A stretch of DNA of 64,000 bases, taken from NCBI GenBank assembly GCA_964016885.1, contig OZ024743.1, positions 60,946,001 to 61,010,000 of the forward strand. Direction: 5' to 3'. Below are positions 58,148 to 64,000 of the stretch, piece after piece. Within the stretch, counting starts at the first letter, position 1, and every line of letters starts with the position of its first letter. Origin of the DNA: Eledone cirrhosa. Taxonomy: Eukaryota. The position numbers and the translations under genes were made by a program. The notes beneath the pieces are model-generated. The model searched no databases. It was not told where the DNA came from and saw only the letters and a program-made list of their open reading frames with translations.

Positions 58148-58908
58148 GCTTCCACTTCGTGACGAAAGAGGGCCCTCTCTTCAAAAGGAATTCCCTGTTA
58201 CTATGAACCACCACCAACTGCACATTGGTGGGCCGTTTGATGGCTGAACAGGCTTTGTTTAGGTCAACTTTTCTAGACCCTTCCCATCTAAAATGGTTGC
58301 GCAGTGCGTCCTCAAACCTGGCTGCCCAGACTCTCAAGATTCCGGTGAAGCATGCTGCTCTTCAGGCTAATAACAGCCACCAACCAATTTCATGTTGGTG
58401 AGGTTATTTAACCCCTAGTTGGGGTGGACAGCCGTTGACGCTGTGGAGTTCATCCACCCGTTGACAGCTTTTTTTGTGCTGCTGCATTTCCACTTACCCT
58501 TCTCGCTAAACCAAAATCTAGCAGGGGAGCCTGTTTAGTCAGCCACCACCCGACCATGAAACAAGTTGTACTGGGCTACATGGTACCAGTAGGTTATGTA
58601 TTCATGAGCAAACATAGGAAAAACAAGTTGAAAATGCAAATGGCGTCTTAAAGAAGGTTTACATACAATAGCTTATAGCTTTACCGATTTCACAATTTCA
58701 TGATTTTCAAAGGTTAAGAGACATGGAAATATTGTGTGGGTCTGCCGTCCTGTATCTTACACCTCCCACGGCGGCAGTGCCATACATCTCTCCGTCTCTG
58801 TTAACGTTTGAAGATCATGACACTTGTGAAACAGTTAAAGTTATATGTTATTCTATATAGACCTTCTTCAAGACTCCACTTTCATTTTCAACTTCTTTTT
58901 CCTACATG

Positions 58909-59041
<133 letters not shown>

Positions 59042-59205
59042 CATACACACACACACATAAGTCCTTGATGATTTCATACGAATGAAACAGTTCTATCCCT
59101 GTAGAAGTCATTTCCATTCATAATAAACATGCCTATACGCTACCAATATATTGAATACCATTATTAGCTGTGGTTACCACCTGACACAACTCAAAATCTA
59201 CATAT

Positions 59206-59527
<322 letters not shown>

Positions 59528-60297
59528 TCTGTACGCTAACATTCATACAAAGACGTACATATGTTTATAGAATAATTAAATCATAAAAAAAAAGATAGAA
59601 ACATTAGTAGTAAAGAAGATGACAAAACTGTATTCACTGCTGTATTTAATCTTGTAAGAAAATCACAAAAAAATACTTCTTAAATCTTAACATTTTGCCT
59701 AGGAGGAATAATCGAAAAACTGTGCTAAACCAATTCGCTTTTAGATTCCTAGCTGAAGAACGATGGCGCAGTAAACATAGTTGTAACTTTGCAACAGTTT
59801 CCTCCAATCTGAAGTAGCCATCGGAATCAAAGGAACGTAATTAAATTAGAACTTAGATTAAATTCTTGAAAAACACACATATACAAACACAAACACATAC
59901 ACACATATGCACACACACAAACAAACAGACAAATATACAAAAGATGTTTATCGATCAGAAGGAGATTCTCACCAGATGCCAGTCTCACCTTGAGCAACAC
60001 TGGAATTAGATTCACTTCTGTTAAAGTTATTCACTTTTTTGGTGAGGCATGATATTTTCTCACGTTAGAAGAGCATCGACACCACATACATACAGACATA
60101 CACACACAAACACACATGCATGATTCTATACATGCATGATTCTTATATGCACATATTTATAAATGTATTTGTGTATATATAATATATATACAGACACACA
60201 TATATATGTGTGTGAGTTTGTGTATGTACATATATCTATCTATCTATATATATATATATATATATATATAGTGAGAGAGAGAGGGAGAGAAAGAGAG

Positions 60298-60360
<63 letters not shown>

Positions 60361-60654
60361 ATTATCCCAAGGTGTTACGCTTTGGGTTGAACCCGAAAAT
60401 GATTGAACCCGAATATGACTGTGAATTGACCTCGACCACATGGCAAAGTATTAGATTACAGAATCGAAGAGAAGAAAAACTACATTGAAATTTGCAAGAC
60501 GGATATTACTAACAGCAACACTATTCATGAGGTAGCAACACCATCAACCCACGGGTGAAAATTTCAAGAACAAAACTAAATTCCCTAACAATCAAAACGG
60601 CAACTGACGAAAACATATTAGAGTTACATATTAAACTAACATGTCTGTCTGTAT

Positions 60655-60698
60655 ATATGTGTTCTTCTGGTTTCATTATTTTATATATTTTTACCAAC

Positions 60699-60754
<56 letters not shown>

Positions 60755-60778
60755 TGAGAGAGAGAGAGAGGAATAGAG

Positions 60779-60865
<87 letters not shown>

Positions 60866-61064
60866 GGTTTCTTACATGGACACAAGACACTTACGTTGGA
60901 ATTTAGACATCATCTGGGGAAATATGCAGGTATGCCTGTATGCTTGTGTGTGTGTGCGTGTGTGTGTGTATGTGTGTGTGTGTGTGTGTGTGTATGTGTG
61001 TGTGTGTGTGTGTGCGTGCGTGTGTGTGTGTGCGTGTGCGTGCCTGTGTGTGTGCGTGTGCGTG

Positions 61065-61122
<58 letters not shown>

Positions 61123-61810
61123 TGTGCGTGTGTACGCAGATATAGATGTTATAGTACGTGAGTACTATGTAGACGTATATATGTTTTGTATCTACAAATG
61201 TGTATATGCAGTTATTACATGTAGACATTTTTGAATGTTTTACATATCTTTAGTTCTATTAATAGATTGTCCTTGTAACTTCATAACTAGTCATGTTATT
61301 TTCTAGTTCTGTTCTGGAAAACTCAACTTCTCAAGATTTGTATTGAGGCGCTTAGTAACATATCCCAGAGCCCCAATGTTCACATGTATAGATCTGAAGG
61401 CATAGTCCGAGTGGTGTATCTGCAAATACCTCATTAGTTCTACAAAGATGTTCTCCTTTTCGCTAATCCTTAATATCATATTATGTATGTATGTATGTAT
61501 GTTCTTCTGGTTTTATAATTTCACAATTTTTTACCAATAGGGAGAGAGTCGGTTTCTAACATAGACACAAGACTCTCTCATTGGAATTTACACAACATCA
61601 ACTAGGTAGATTATGTATGCATGCCTGCATGTGTAGATATGGATGTTATTGTATGTGTGGATGTGGATGTTTTCAGTTGTATGTGTGCATGTGTATATGC
61701 TTTGTATCTGTACATGTGTATATGCAGTTATTAGATGCAAACATTTTTGGAATGTTTTACATATTTTTACTGTTCCATTAATGGATTGTACTTGTAAAAT
61801 CCTAACTGTA
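60655..61810 (+). repeat. Two diverged tandem copies of a microsatellite-seeded repeat
   Basis: GTTCTTCTGGTTT..TTTACCAA.AG / CGGTTTCT.ACAT.GACACAAGAC / ATATGCAGTTATTA.ATG blocks occur in the same order at 60660-61290 and 61500-61800. Confidence 0.7.
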
Positions 61811-62224
61811 TGTATGTATGTATGTATGTATGTATGTATGTATGTATGTATGTATGGTTCGATGGATGAGAGGATGGATGGATGGATGGAATGATTGTCG
61901 AGTCCTAGGAGCGCCGTGTTGATATACGAGTTGTATACGATCCCATTCCTTTCCACGTCTGAACACAGATCATTTCTTCCAGTAAAGAGAGAATAATAAA
62001 TAGGAAGAATCTACGTTGGTTCTGGAGTGGTACTTTTTTACCAATCTTGAATGTATGAAAAGCAGAGTTGACGTCGGTGCGATTTGAACTCAGAGCTCAG
62101 ATATCTGGAACGACTACTCCAAAGCAACCTTATAATCAATAAGTTATGGGTGCAACACCTATAATCAGTCATGAGGAAAGGAGACTTCCCCCCCCCCCAA
62201 AAAAAAAAGACTGTAAATCTAACA

Positions 62225-62485
62225 GCGACTAACCCAGGTTCTGCTGCACGTCAGGCTGAGGAAGCCAAACTCCTCAAATACCGGTCGCTCTCCGACAGGT
62301 TTGCGGTTGTACCTTTGGCAGTGGAGACTTCTGGTGCCCTCTGTCCTAGGGCTACCTCCCTACTCACCACCATAGGGGCTGAGCTGGCCAGCTGCAGGTG
62401 TGAGCCCCGCGAGATGGAGTAGCTTTTCCAGCGCGTCTCCCTTGCCGTCCTCCGGGGAAACGCCTTCTCCATTCTCTCGGCCGGG
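62225..62485 (+). mobile_element. CRE-type non-LTR retrotransposon C-terminal (restriction-like endonuclease) fragment
   Basis: AARQAEEAKLLKY..FAVVPLAVETSGAL...*LFQRVSLAVLRGNA. Confidence 0.75.
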
Positions 62486-62869
62486 GCGGGGAGGGGGGGG
62501 GGGCTGCATCATGTATCATTCCACTGAATCAAGTTTTTTAAATTTATGTTTTGAATACTTTCAATCTAGTTGATATTTTCATTTATAGAGTGAATTAATG
62601 ACCGTTTCATTATTTAAAAGTGGAGTTGTGAACTAAAAATCTCATCCACGCATCCATGCCTGTTCCCTTATGTAAACGTATTTTCAATATGGCTACAGAC
62701 TGTTTTTGACAGTATTGTGGAGAACTGCAATAAAGATTTCTTCTTTTTTTTTTTTTCTTCATAATAAAGTTAAAAGCGCCGTACTGCCAAAGATGTAAAC
62801 TTTGTTGGGCTGGATAGGTTAATTTCACAAGATTGTTTTAAATATTCTGCATACTAATATATGTATGCG

Positions 62870-62900
<31 letters not shown>

Positions 62901-62940
62901 GCGTGCGTGTGTGCGTGTGCGCGCGCGCGTGTGTGTGTGT

Positions 62941-63013
<73 letters not shown>

Positions 63014-63047
63014 TATGTGTGTGAGTGTCCGTTTATACATATGTAAA

Positions 63048-63147
<100 letters not shown>

Positions 63148-63626
63148 GTTGGAGAAGGGAGAAAAATATGGGGAGAAATTTGTGCATTGTGATGGTGAGT
63201 TAGATTTAATGTATGTATGACAAGGAATTGTAATCCCACTTATCTCATGGGAATCGCCTTCAACTAAATTCGTCAAAATATTTTGGTCCGTAGCAATGTC
63301 AAATCTCGGAATACGTAGTTCCCAGGAGCGATTGACGTAATGTATTATTTCTCTAAATAGATTTCTTGTTTGTGTTTTATTTTTGTTATTTTTTTCTGTC
63401 GTTGCATGTTAGTAGTATATATTCCCAGTAGAAAGCTCTCTTTAGATTAACAAGATTTGTAAATCTCTGAATAATCATAAACACAAAAATACAACTTTAA
63501 AACAAATTTATATATTTAGGCATTGCTTCGTGCTGCAAGTATATACACAAAAACAAATACTCATTCTTATATATACCACCACACACAAACATATGTATAT
63601 ATTTACATATATATATTATTATTATT

Positions 63627-64000
63627 ATTATTATAAATGTAAGCTATCGCTGTATTTTGACTAAAGAAATTAAAGAAATTATTTAGCCTGATAGTGGGGT
63701 TAAGAACTCTAGGAGAAATGGAAAAAGATGAGTATTGACGTACATGGGAGTCGTACCCACATCGTTGGTTATCCAGACCACTGTGCTACCATTTACACCA
63801 ACACATCACCCGTCTTTTTCCATTCAAATTAGAAGCTATAAACTTAGCGACTGTTATGTCAAGTAAGAATATTTTTCGAAACAGCGAGCGGGTTTGAAAT
63901 TATTATAAATGTAAGCTATCGCCATATTTTGGCTAAAGAAATTAAAGAAATTATTTAGCCTGATAGTGGGGTTAAGAACCCTCGGAGAAATGGAAAAAGA
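63627..64000 (-). repeat. 272-bp tandem repeat containing a tRNA-like unit
   Basis: TTATAAATGTAAGCTATCGC recurs at 63631 and 63903; array runs off the window end. Confidence 0.88.
63736..63807 (-). tRNA. tRNA-like sequence/pseudogene, anticodon GGA, short variable loop
   Basis: D arm GUGU..GCAC, anticodon arm UGGU-CUGGAUA-ACCA, T arm GUGGG-UACGACU-CCCAU (UUCGACU in the 18660 copy), G.U-rich acceptor stem, TTTTT about 9 nt downstream. Confidence 0.5.

Noticed and set aside
58200-58615. Possible SINE or RTE 5' region
   Set aside because: Looks repeat-like, but there is no second copy or diagnostic motif in the window to support a call.

Overview
AT-rich, microsatellite-dense eukaryotic genomic DNA with no recognisable host gene. 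It is most likely from an octopod cephalopod, inferred from the SINE families and the (TA)n/(CA)n/(GA)n load. The window is almost entirely transposon-derived. The dominant structure, not visible in the ORF track, is a set of Penelope-like (Naiad-type, RT + C-terminal GIY-YIG) retroelements and short non-coding derivatives that end at (TA)n tracts and often form head-to-head inverted repeats. They carry about 16 type I hammerhead-ribozyme motifs from about 12 sequence-unrelated families, many with palindromic stem III and a recurring U.U pair at the base of stem II. Also present: an intact >680-codon LINE ORF1 missed by the ORF track; a four-layer nest (SINE in Rep-helicase Helitron in non-autonomous Helitron in a Penelope-type inverted repeat); a mini-Helitron with an intact 23-aa-repeat (STPR-like) ORF; a 5'-inverted RTE LINE with a 14-bp TSD; two mariners; CR1-, Tx1- and CRE-type LINE fragments; tRNA-derived SINEs; and a tandem tRNA-like (GGA anticodon) repeat. 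All folds and alignments were done by eye.
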